From a virus (taxonomy: Duplodnaviria > Caudoviricetes), in IMG/VR virus record IMGVR_UViG_2767802758_000001, positions 1-64,000 of that record: a stretch of DNA of 64,000 nt, one strand, 5' to 3'. Position 1 is the stretch's first letter. The number at the start of each line of letters is the position of its first letter. Positions 8,508 to 16,491 of this stretch are shown here, piece after piece. Under the pieces are notes generated by a model. It did no database searches, was not told the DNA's origin, and saw only the letters and a list, made by a program, of their open reading frames with translations. The position numbers and the translations under genes were made by a program.

Positions 8508-9587
8508 TCAATATTGGATTCGGATAGCCGGAATCAGGCCCTTGGCGATCAGAATGACGGCCTGCTTAGCGCATGCGTCGGGCAAGCCGTTCTTAATGAA
8601 TGCAGCCAGGGCGGCGTTGTTAATGCTGGCCTTATGCGCTTTGTCCTCTTCGCGGCGGCGCTGCTCGGCTTCTTCGGCTGCCTTTTCGTCGGCCTGGCGC
8701 TTGATTTCGGCCTGGCGGGCAGCTTCGGCGGCATCTTTTGCGCGTTGCTCTGCGGCCAGCTTTTCAGCTTCGGCCCGGGCCTCGGCCTGTTTTTGACGTT
8801 CGATGGCTTCGGCTCGTTCTTGCTCAGCACGGTCGGCGGCTGCTTTTGCATCAGCTTCACGCTTTGCGGCAGCATCACGTTCAGCTTGGGCTTTGGCTTC
8901 CGCATCGGCTCGGGCCTTTTCAGCGGCTTGGCGGGCAATCTCCGCCTCACGGTCTTTCTGCTCCTGCTCGGCCTGCTTGCGTCGTAGCTCAGCCAGTTCT
9001 GCCTGCTCAGCTTCGTACTTCTGGCGTTCAGTCAGGGCTGCATTCAGGATTTCCAGCGCCTTGGCTTTGACCCGGTGGGCCTCGGCTTCAAACTCTTCCC
9101 AGGCCTCGCCAATCACCGCAGATTCAACTGTTGCGATGCGCTGGCGCAGGGATTCAACATCAAGCCCACCGACTTCTCGGGCTTGATCAGCCATACTGTC
9201 CAGGTCGGCACGGTGGAGTGCTACCCGGCTGGCCTCTGCTTCTTCCCAGTCCGTGAGCGGCTTGCGGACTTCATCAGCCAGTGCGTCCAGTTCGTCACGC
9301 ATGCGCTTGCGTTCAGCGTCGATCAGCTTGGGGATTTCCTTGAGTCTGTCCACCTGCTCTTTGCCTAAGCCATCCAGAGCGGCTTTGATCTTGCGCACCT
9401 TGAATGCGCGGCTGGCGATTTCCTTTCGGCCCTTGTCGGTCTTCAGGTTCGGCGCATGCCCGGTGACTTCTTGTCGGATGCGCTCGATATACGGGTCCAG
9501 ACCGTTTGGTGTTTGGTAAGTTTGCAGCGCCGTTTCTGCTGGCGGCAGTTCCGTCAGTTCTAAGACTTCGGTCATGTCATGCTCCAA
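8508..9587 (-). CDS. Coiled-coil phage hypothetical protein (359 aa)
   Basis: Ala/Glu/Lys-rich helical repeats; sits in the recombination module. Confidence 0.8.
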   Translation of the reverse strand: MEHDMTEVLELTELPPAETALQTYQTPNGLDPYIERIRQEVTGHAPNLKTDKGRKEIASRAFKVRKIKAALDGLGKEQVDRLKEIPKLIDAERKRMRDELDALADEVRKPLTDWEEAEASRVALHRADLDSMADQAREVGGLDVESLRQRIATVESAVIGEAWEEFEAEAHRVKAKALEILNAALTERQKYEAEQAELAELRRKQAEQEQKDREAEIARQAAEKARADAEAKAQAERDAAAKREADAKAAADRAEQERAEAIERQKQAEARAEAEKLAAEQRAKDAAEAARQAEIKRQADEKAAEEAEQRRREEDKAHKASINNAALAAFIKNGLPDACAKQAVILIAKGLIPAIRIQY

Positions 9588-9762
9588 TCGCTCGGGCCGC
9601 CAGAGTCGGGCCGAAAAAAAGCAGTCCGCAGACTGCTATGGCAATGATTAGGGTGAGGGGCCAGCCCCAGGGCGGGGTGCTGCTGTTTGGTGCGTAGCAT
9701 CCCTGGCCATCAAACGGGTTACGGCGGCGAGTGCGGGGGAAGCCGGGGTTTTGGTCGGTCAT
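9577..9762 (-). CDS. Small membrane protein
   Basis: C-terminal hydrophobic helix; overlaps neighbours. Confidence 0.5.
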   Translation of the reverse strand: MTDQNPGFPRTRRRNPFDGQGCYAPNSSTPPWGWPLTLIIAIAVCGLLFFGPTLAARAIGA

Positions 9763-10205
9763 GTTGGTTCTCCCGATAGGGCGGCGTCCAAATCATCACG
9801 GGCTGCTTTTCTTCGTCCGTTGAGCCTCCCGAAATCCTCGGGCATGGACTGGTACTCGTTGTTATCTGCGGCGTCTTGAGCTTGTAGGTAGTCTTTGACT
9901 GCTTCGCGCAACTGCTCAATCTCAGCCTCCTGGGCGTCGCGTTCGCCTAACAGAGTGCGGATCGTTTCAGGATCGCAAGCGGCTATATATTCCGAGTTGG
10001 CGTTATTCTGGTGGCGTTGGCTTTCCCAGCCCGCTGGCGTCTTTGGTTGCCCTTGCACAAAGGTGGTGCATATTCCGCGTCCGCCGTCAGCTTGTCGGAC
10101 AGTTCGGCTCGTGCCGCTTTCAATGTCCGCCTCCCATGGGCCAGACGTTGCTGCAACGACAGTCGCACGTAATTTCGCGTAGTTGTAGCTCATGGCTGCC
10201 TCCAA
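9759..10205 (-). CDS. Ead/Ea22-like protein
   Basis: AATSGPWE...NANSEYIAACDPETIRTLLGE pattern typical of this family. Confidence 0.7.
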   Translation of the reverse strand: MEAAMSYNYAKLRATVVAATSGPWEADIESGTSRTVRQADGGRGICTTFVQGQPKTPAGWESQRHQNNANSEYIAACDPETIRTLLGERDAQEAEIEQLREAVKDYLQAQDAADNNEYQSMPEDFGRLNGRRKAARDDLDAALSGEPT

Positions 10206-10284
10206 ATACTGATAACTGTCTCGGCTGCCAGCGCGATAAAGAAAGCGGCGCAGCTGAAAAAGCCGGAGAAAATGAAATACTTGA

Positions 10285-10644
10285 TCAACACGGCAGCGCC
10301 TCCAGTTCTTGCGCGGTCATTGCGTCGTGGCTGGCGTCGGCCCAGCTCAGGATCAGAGCGTTGATGTGGGCGTTCAGGCCGTCCGTGTAAACCGGGTCAT
10401 TGGTGAGCATGGCTTTCAGGAAAGGGCCGATTGCGCCCGACTTCTCGAAAGCAACAAGCTGGTCGCTCATTACTTCCAACAGATCGGCGCGGCTTTTGAT
10501 GTTTGGCAGGTCAGGGCGGCCCCAAGACATCAGCACCGCCTGGGACTTGCCGATCAGGCAATCCTTGATCTGTTGTGCAATAACTTCGCGGCGGCGCTCC
10601 GCCAGCTCGTGCGCGTCTATCTCACGCATAGCAAAAGCGTTCAT
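10285..10644 (-). CDS. Phage hypothetical protein (119 aa)
   Basis: Co-oriented ORF with RBS GGAG. Confidence 0.65.
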   Translation of the reverse strand: MNAFAMREIDAHELAERRREVIAQQIKDCLIGKSQAVLMSWGRPDLPNIKSRADLLEVMSDQLVAFEKSGAIGPFLKAMLTNDPVYTDGLNAHINALILSWADASHDAMTAQELEALPC

Positions 10645-10765
10645 GTTTAGCTCCGGGGATTGCGCCGCGTCCGGCGCTATTGAAAGGGGAGAGGGTTAGC
10701 TTGTGGCCACCACCTTCACGTCCGGTGCGCACCGGAGCGGTATTGGTGGAGTTCCAGAGTTCTAT

Positions 10766-10884
10766 GCCCTCTGATAGCAGCCCTTGATCGGATAAAGCAC
10801 CGTTTCATCGGACTTCACACGTATGGAGGGATTAGGGTTTGCTGCCGTCGCTAACACGGCTGCCAAGGGCTGCTATCGGAGGGC
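10766..10884. repeat. 21-bp inverted repeat (20/21 matching) enclosing 77 nt
   Basis: GCCCTCTGATAGCAGCCCTTG (10766-10786) vs CAAGGGCTGCTATCGGAGGGC (10864-10884). Confidence 0.85.
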
Positions 10885-10929
10885 CCCTGTTTAAGGGGCT
10901 GCCTGGACCTCGCTACTGCTTGCCACGAG

Positions 10930-11268
10930 TCATGCAGGCGTTGAAAACTGAATGCCCTCTGGCTTGGGAGGGTGATACAGAAACTTGATGCTGTGTCCAT
11001 GCCCCACACTTTGAGTGATTTCTTGGGGCGCATAAGCCGTTTCATCTTTTGGCTCTGCGATGCCAGCATTGACAAGTTCGCAATGCACAAGATCAAGTAA
11101 CTTGTCACGTTCCCAGCACTCGATAACCAGCTTGTCGCTAAGTGCCGCCTTGCGATTTGCAGACGCTTCCTGCTTTCGTGCTAAGTGGTAGTTTTCGCTG
11201 GCTTTATCGGCTCGTCTCTGTGCTGCATGCAGCTTTTTGACGGCCTCCAGCAGCTTGTCGTATCTCAT
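10930..11268 (-). CDS. Phage hypothetical protein (112 aa)
   Basis: Co-oriented, ATGA overlap with upstream ORF. Confidence 0.65.
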   Translation of the reverse strand: MRYDKLLEAVKKLHAAQRRADKASENYHLARKQEASANRKAALSDKLVIECWERDKLLDLVHCELVNAGIAEPKDETAYAPQEITQSVGHGHSIKFLYHPPKPEGIQFSTPA

Positions 11269-11783
11269 TTCTTGAGACGCTCCTGTTTGTCATGCTTGCC
11301 CGGAAAATCTGCGGGCCAGCGCATTGGTTTGTCCTGTTTTTCAGGCGCTGCTGTGGCTTTAGCCAACGCCGCTTGGGCAATTTCCACCGTCTGATCTGGG
11401 TCTGTGTTTCCTGCAGCGATGGTTTCTAGCGCGTCAAACATGAGGGGGCTGGCTGCGATCAGTCGGGCGTTGGCCTCGTAGTTCGGATGATCCAGTCCGG
11501 CCTCTGCAACTACTGCGTCCCAGCCCAGGTCCTCTACAAAAGTCGTTCCTAGTTGAGACTCAGCGAAGATTTGGTGTCCCCCGAAGATATCGCCATCTTC
11601 GCGGCATATCACCCAAGGCCCCGGCGTATGTTTGTGTTCCATGTCTACCTCTTGCTCGGCCAGGGCCGCCCGCGCTTCGACAAGCTCTGCCCATGCGAAG
11701 TTATTGCCCGTGGCGTCGGCATGTATTTCGACAATTGATACAAGTTCGCGCAGAGCGTCTTGCAGGCACTTGTTTTTCTGCAT
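11265..11783 (-). CDS. Phage hypothetical protein (172 aa)
   Basis: Contains HTPGPW...ANARLIAASP motif common in temperate-phage early proteins. Confidence 0.75.
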   Translation of the reverse strand: MQKNKCLQDALRELVSIVEIHADATGNNFAWAELVEARAALAEQEVDMEHKHTPGPWVICREDGDIFGGHQIFAESQLGTTFVEDLGWDAVVAEAGLDHPNYEANARLIAASPLMFDALETIAAGNTDPDQTVEIAQAALAKATAAPEKQDKPMRWPADFPGKHDKQERLKK

Positions 11784-11807
11784 GTATTTCTCCTGTTCGT
11801 CCGGCTA

Positions 11808-12110
11808 TCACCACGCCTGTCCGTGAATAATTCGGCCAATGCTGGCTGGTGTTCGCTGTATCTGGGGCGGCGGCTGGTCTGCATTCAAAATATTCAGACT
11901 TCGATCGAACTTGATGGGTTTGCCTGTTCGAGACTCGTACATACTGATCCAGGCCTCGCCGTATAGTGCAAGCTGTTCGATTTTTGACTCGATCACCACC
12001 CCTGAGTAATTTGCACCCCAAACAGGGCCATCTCGTCCCTCAAACCTGCTGTGCAGATACCATTCGCGTAGAAATTCTCTGACGCAATCCGCGCTGGGTA
12101 GGTCTGCCAT
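11808..12110 (-). CDS. Phage hypothetical protein (100 aa)
   Basis: RBS GGAG, co-oriented. Confidence 0.65.
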   Translation of the reverse strand: MADLPSADCVREFLREWYLHSRFEGRDGPVWGANYSGVVIESKIEQLALYGEAWISMYESRTGKPIKFDRSLNILNADQPPPQIQRTPASIGRIIHGQAW

Positions 12111-12119
12111 ATCTATCTC

Positions 12120-12305
12120 CTAGGCGGTTTCTGTTAGCTCGTGGGCGGCTTCCTCTGGGGTGCAGCCATCTACCCAAAGGCTATGTGCCAGACCGTCGTC
12201 CTCCTGATTGCCCGCGATCTTGGACAGCTTTGTGAGCCATTTGTCGTACTCGCGCTCTTGGCGGGAGGTTGCGCTTTCTTCACAAGCAAAATTAACCATG
12301 TTCAT
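12120..12305 (-). CDS. Phage hypothetical protein (61 aa)
   Basis: RBS GGAG, co-oriented. Confidence 0.6.
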   Translation of the reverse strand: MNMVNFACEESATSRQEREYDKWLTKLSKIAGNQEDDGLAHSLWVDGCTPEEAAHELTETA

Positions 12306-12379
12306 GTCTATCTCCTATTTATCCGTCAGTACCCTGAGTCAAGGCACTGGTGGATAAGGCCCGCCAAGGGGCCGGGTAG

Positions 12380-12604
12380 TTAAAAGGTGGTTGGTTGGGC
12401 GATACCGCGAATGGCCCACATGAAGCCCTGTTGCAGGTTGGTTTTGCCCAGGGCAACCGCACGTTGGTCCAGAGACCCATCAGCCTGCAGCTTGTCCATC
12501 CAGGCGCCGACCTTCTCGGCCAGTTCCTTGCCTTCGTTCATTGCAGCAATCTCGGACTCCGACAAATCGCGGTAGCCCTTGATGTGCTTGTGTTGGTTAT
12601 CCAT
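12380..12604 (-). CDS. acb2: Acb2/Tad1-family cyclic-oligonucleotide sponge (anti-CBASS)
   Basis: [28 protein letters not shown]...[19 protein letters not shown] closely matches the Acb2 sequence as I recall it (Y11 and K26 in register). Confidence 0.9.
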   Translation of the reverse strand: MDNQHKHIKGYRDLSESEIAAMNEGKELAEKVGAWMDKLQADGSLDQRAVALGKTNLQQGFMWAIRGIAQPTTF

Positions 12605-12836
12605 ATTTCCTCGCTTCAGTAAGCACCACCATTGATGCTTACCAAAGCGGCCTAATACTAGGCTGCTTTTACGCTGCGCTCCTGGCTACTCCCAGCTGAG
12701 CTGGCTCCAGGTAGCGCAACGTTCTAAATCCCCACGTCACGGGTTGTCCGTCTCACTCTTTATCAGGGGGTGTGGGGATGCGCCCTGGGCCTAGCCGTGC
12801 GTGTTCGCACCATTGGCCTATTTATCGCTTTGCTCG

Positions 12837-12849
12837 TTGTTAAAGATCA
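12837..12849 (-). promoter_or_regulatory. boxA-like antitermination element in the PL leader
   Basis: TGATCTTTAACAA on the minus strand resembles the rrn/lambdoid boxA GCTCTTTAACA. Confidence 0.55.
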
Positions 12850-12924
12850 TCCTGCTTCACCTCCGTTACTAGGCTGCCCTGAGGGCTAGGCTGTTCTGCG
12901 GTTGGTTAAGCGTTGGAATGGAGT

Positions 12925-12983
12925 GTAAGAGCGCTAACAGATATTGTCAAGCATGCTAACGCATCTATAGTAAGAATGCTTAC
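12925..12983. promoter_or_regulatory. OL: three 14-bp repressor operators over PL
   Basis: GTAAGAGCGCTAAC (12925), TCAAGCATGCTAAC (12947), GTAAGAATGCTTAC (12970); consensus GTAAG-N4-CTTAC, shared with OR. Confidence 0.8.
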
Positions 12984-13039
12984 GCTGAGATTGAAAAAAA
13001 AGCCCGCATTAGCGAGCAGGGAAGTGTGGAGCAAGGTGC

Positions 13040-13261
13040 TCAGTCGATCGGAGTGCCGCTCTCAATGCCAAGAATTACGTCAATTAATGTGCGGCGAAGG
13101 CTGGTCATGATGCGAAGCTTTGCATCGTCTTGTAGTGCTGGTGATAGCCAGGCGGCCTCCGCAGCGTCAATGACAGCACAGCTTTCTTCGAGCCTTTCTG
13201 CTGCAGCCCGCAGTAAAGCTGAAAGGTCGGCCGGCGGCTTGGTGTTCTGGTTACTCGTCAT
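13040..13261 (-). CDS. LexA-regulated small protein (candidate antirepressor)
   Basis: 73-aa helical ORF with GAGAAGAG RBS, ~100 bp downstream of a perfect SOS box. Confidence 0.55.
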   Translation of the reverse strand: MTSNQNTKPPADLSALLRAAAERLEESCAVIDAAEAAWLSPALQDDAKLRIMTSLRRTLIDVILGIESGTPID

Positions 13262-13364
13262 ATCGCAATGCTCTTCTCTTACAAGTGGGCGTTTTAGATA
13301 CGCGCTCTGATTCGTGGGAGCTACGTGGAGCGCATCAATATGGCGGGGCAGGGAGATAGTTATA

Positions 13365-13380
13365 CTGTATATCTATACAG
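13365..13380. promoter_or_regulatory. LexA (SOS) box
   Basis: CTGTATATCTATACAG = CTGT-N8-ACAG with an AT-rich core. Confidence 0.85.
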
Positions 13381-13440
13381 TATTTTGGGTCAAGGTAATG
13401 TGGCTAACTGTGAGGCCTAGATAGGCTGGGTGGGAGCCGG

Positions 13441-13602
13441 GAAAAGAAAAACCCGCCGAAGCGGGTTGTCCAGGTAACAAAAAAGCCCCGGGAGGGGCTT
13501 TGTCGTATTGGTGCAGGCCACCGAGAAAACTGCAGGCCGTGCGGATTCCTGCAGGTTGATCGGCTATAGGCCAGGCAAAGAAAAGCCGCCCTGGTGGCGG
13601 CT
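13441..13602 (-). terminator. Cluster of three intrinsic terminator hairpins
   Basis: AACCCGC-CGAA-GCGGGTT, AAGCCCC-GGGA-GGGGCTT and AGCCGCC-CTGGT-GGCGGCT, each with an A-tract on the + strand. Confidence 0.7.
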
Positions 13603-13634
13603 GTTAGAGCAAGATCAGGTTGCTTCGAGGGGTT

Positions 13635-14153
13635 TTAGTCATCAGACCAACAACCCCGTCGGACTTGAGTTTCTATAAACAGTAGCTCCATCTGATCACA
13701 CAATTTGGATGCTTTGAGCCATGCATTCAAAACCATTGGATCGTTTGCGGAGACGGGTATGCCGCTTGATGAAGAGCGAGACTCAAACTTTGGGTGGCCA
13801 GTTAATGCATCTGCAAGTTCTGAGAACTTCCCCGTAAGAGTACTGTATCTCGAGTCCATTTTCTGTAAAGCTTGGAGTCGAAACTCTAATTTATCCAGTT
13901 GCTGTTTTATTGAGATTTCTGCAATAGTGGCGTCGTTATTTGCTGTGGTGTTATCAATGGACGTAAAGTAACAAACACCGTCTTCCAATAGTTTATCAAC
14001 CTTATTTCTATATTCATCAACTAGGGCTCGGAGTTCTTTTCTGGATTCTCGTCGGTCGTTATCTCGAGATAAAAAGAACCATCCAACGATAAGAACTAAA
14101 GGGCCGAGCGTAGGAGCAACTACCTGCTTATAGATCGCTAAATTTTCAAGCAT
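13635..14153 (-). CDS. Single-TM helical protein, third gene of the kinase-STAS operon
   Basis: VVAPTLGPLVLIVGWFFLS TM segment followed by charged coiled coil; low GC; 15 bp from the STAS gene. Confidence 0.8.
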   Translation of the reverse strand: MLENLAIYKQVVAPTLGPLVLIVGWFFLSRDNDRRESRKELRALVDEYRNKVDKLLEDGVCYFTSIDNTTANNDATIAEISIKQQLDKLEFRLQALQKMDSRYSTLTGKFSELADALTGHPKFESRSSSSGIPVSANDPMVLNAWLKASKLCDQMELLFIETQVRRGCWSDD

Positions 14154-14168
14154 AGAGGTTAGATAAAA

Positions 14169-14486
14169 TTAATTATCGCTATGGGCATTTTCAATATAGC
14201 CCCAAACTCGTTCAACGTACGATTTTTTCTTTCCAATTACCGTTAGATGCTTGCGGAGTTCATTTTGTTGAAGTCCTGCGCGAACCAGCCCTCCAAAAGC
14301 TTCCTCAAGGAAAGACGAACCGAGTCCGAGAGTGCCATCGAGCACGACTGATACCCCCCCACCCTGCTTAAGGGCGGGCAGTAAAATCTCTTCGCGAAAA
14401 CGCTCTCCTGACCAGGGGCCGTCGGACCTGTAGCGCCCTGCCGCAAACGGGGAAAAATCTTTAGCTATATTAATCATTTTGCTCAT
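14169..14486 (-). CDS. STAS-like (DUF4325) protein
   Basis: IAKDFSPFAAGRY..DG..SGE.FRE...LDGTLGLGSSFLEEAFGGL; 105 aa. Confidence 0.88.
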   Translation of the reverse strand: MSKMINIAKDFSPFAAGRYRSDGPWSGERFREEILLPALKQGGGVSVVLDGTLGLGSSFLEEAFGGLVRAGLQQNELRKHLTVIGKKKSYVERVWGYIENAHSDN

Positions 14487-15579
14487 CTTTCAGCTCTCGA
14501 GCGCCGATTGTTTGTGTATCGAATGACCACTGTACTAGCGTACCCATAATGGATTGGGCATGGTCAAGAACCACTTCGATGCCTGTTCTTCCATTGTACG
14601 TGTACATGCCGCGGTCACTGAAAATTCTTAGAACACCAGAGTTGGCTGATTTGACCAGGTCCAGCATCTCATCCAATCCCTTTCCTCTGTTTCCTTTACC
14701 GGTTCTCGTCGCGCCAAGCTCCAGTGCAGCTTTGATGTATTTTGCGTCAAGATCTGAGCTGGCTCCTAACCGACTCAATATCGCGTCGATTGCGCGCTCT
14801 GACCAAGTGCCGCGCAACGGTAGCGTTCTACGAATTCCGACGCCCAAGTCACAAACTGATAGGTATAGGATACCTTCATCGCTGCATTCAGCAAACACCC
14901 ACCAGCCTTGATTATCGCATTTTATTCCATCAGGGCGAGGCTTGATGTAGGCATGATGAACTGCATTGGTGATTGCCTCTTGCATGGCGCTTAACAGGTC
15001 GTAGGTTAGCTCTTCGCCTAGGCGATCTGTTAAGCGAGTTTGAAGGGCCTGTAAGCCGGTAAGGTCAACATTAGTCCCCGCGTGGAAGGTCCACTCCCTA
15101 ACGCGGCGATGCGATATGGCCAAGCGAGGGCTTACTCCCAGCAGTTTCAACAGTCCTATATGCTGGAAGAGTTGTTCAACCACTGGATCGCTGGGCCGAT
15201 TGGCCTGGAAGTGGCACTCAGGGAACGTCTCTAGCAGCCTGTGAAGCTCTGCAACAAACAGCAGGGTTCCACAAGGATTAAGCCGTCTAATAGGGCTGAG
15301 GTCAATCGAAACTCTTTTTACTATCTTTGCTGCGCGCCTGACTTCGTTGAGAAATTTCAGCAAACGGCGTCGCCATTTCGGCACAATTAGAGTAAAAACC
15401 TGAGGCGCAGGAAGACGTATGTTTTTAATCTGCCCGAGTTTAGGTGCGTGCTGAGGAGAGGCGGCCCCCAGGAACTTTCTTCGTTCTAAGAGCAGCTGCT
15501 TCCTGGCTCTCGATCTCCGAGTCCGTGAGCGTCGAAGTTGAGCAAGCCTTGTTCGCTTTAAGGGGGATGTGTATTTCAT
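14470..15579 (-). CDS. GHKL/HATPase-fold (anti-sigma-factor-type) kinase with N-terminal STAS-like domain
   Basis: N box (EAITNAVHHAY), G1 (CDLGVGI) and G2 (RGKGL) motifs; N-terminal SIDLSPIRRLNPCGTLLF resembles STAS; overlaps the STAS gene by 17 bp. Confidence 0.85.
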   Translation of the reverse strand: MKYTSPLKRTRLAQLRRSRTRRSRARKQLLLERRKFLGAASPQHAPKLGQIKNIRLPAPQVFTLIVPKWRRRLLKFLNEVRRAAKIVKRVSIDLSPIRRLNPCGTLLFVAELHRLLETFPECHFQANRPSDPVVEQLFQHIGLLKLLGVSPRLAISHRRVREWTFHAGTNVDLTGLQALQTRLTDRLGEELTYDLLSAMQEAITNAVHHAYIKPRPDGIKCDNQGWWVFAECSDEGILYLSVCDLGVGIRRTLPLRGTWSERAIDAILSRLGASSDLDAKYIKAALELGATRTGKGNRGKGLDEMLDLVKSANSGVLRIFSDRGMYTYNGRTGIEVVLDHAQSIMGTLVQWSFDTQTIGARELKDEQND

Positions 15580-15715
15580 TTTTATCCGTTTACAGGCAGG
15601 CTAACTTTGAGATGTGGCACTACATCAAATGACCTGCATGCCTTAGGCTCGTTGTAATTTGCTAAGTCGAGTAGAAATTTTTCCAATCTTTCGCCTAATT
15701 GTTGTTGTTTGACTG

Positions 15716-15744
15716 ATAAAAAATAAGGAGCCAAACGGCTCCTT
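15716..15744 (-). terminator. Intrinsic terminator after cI
   Basis: AAGGAGCC-GTTT-GGCTCCTT followed by a T-tract on the minus strand. Confidence 0.75.
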
Positions 15745-15807
15745 GTCTCTTCCTGCTCAGTCCTTCTTACGTACAGCCTCCCTGGGCTGGGTCACGTTAC
15801 CTGTCAT

Positions 15808-16194
15808 TCACTTGCTCTCGTCTTTCTTCACGTCCAGGCCGAGCTGGGCTGCTGACAGGAGGATGGCGGTTTCAAGCTGCATACGCTCTCTGTCCGGATC
15901 TAACGCGCAAACCTTTTGATTATCGATAGAAGAGAAGGGCCAAGACTCCGCTGATACGCGGTCCTTAGCTTTCTCCGGGCCAACCCCTTTGGCTATCCAT
16001 AGCGCGCTGTAGCCCGTCTCCCGCTCAAGATTAAGGGCAACTTCCACATCGCCAATAGTGTGGATGATTTTGCTTCCTTTCCCAGCCCACTGAGAAACGG
16101 CGGAACGACTCACCCCAGCCGCCTTGGCCATCTGGGTGTCATTCCAGGCCATTACAGCCTTCAATTTTTCGATTCTGTCTTTTAGTTCGCTCAT
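15808..16194 (-). CDS. CI-type repressor without an S24 autoprotease domain
   Basis: HTH (TQMAKAAGVSRSAVSQW) and LWIAKGVG; only 128 aa; divergent from cro. Confidence 0.85.
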   Translation of the reverse strand: MSELKDRIEKLKAVMAWNDTQMAKAAGVSRSAVSQWAGKGSKIIHTIGDVEVALNLERETGYSALWIAKGVGPEKAKDRVSAESWPFSSIDNQKVCALDPDRERMQLETAILLSAAQLGLDVKKDESK

Positions 16195-16196
16195 AT

Positions 16197-16260
16197 GTAA
16201 GCGCAATTACACTCTATTTTAAGAAAAGCGTGCTTGCAATGATTGCGTAAGCACGCTAAC
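16197..16260. promoter_or_regulatory. OR: three 14-bp operators between cI and cro
   Basis: GTAAGCGCAATTAC (16197), AAAAGCGTGCTTGC (16224), GTAAGCACGCTAAC (16247). Confidence 0.8.
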
Positions 16261-16268
16261 ATTTGCGC

Positions 16269-16475
16269 ATGAAGAAACAACATGCCATCCAGCTACTAGG
16301 CGGCTCTGTGAGTTCCGCCGCTTCTGCTATCGGGATCATGCCTCAGGCAGTTACCCAATGGCCGGAAGACCTGCCTCCGCGAATCGCAGATCGAGTAATC
16401 GCGGCAGTTGCCCGACAGAACCCAAAGCATTGGCCTACTGCCTGGAAGGCGATAAAGGAGAGCGCAAATGTGTGA
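16269..16475 (+). CDS. Cro-like HTH protein
   Basis: MKKQHAIQLLGGSVSSAASAIGIMPQAVTQWPE. Confidence 0.88.
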   Translation: MKKQHAIQLLGGSVSSAASAIGIMPQAVTQWPEDLPPRIADRVIAAVARQNPKHWPTAWKAIKESANV

Positions 16476-16491
16476 TCCAGAAAAGCGGGAG

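Noticed and set aside
8508-9587. TolA-like annotation
   Set aside because: The resemblance comes only from low-complexity Ala/Glu/Lys coils; there is no TM anchor and the context is the recombination module
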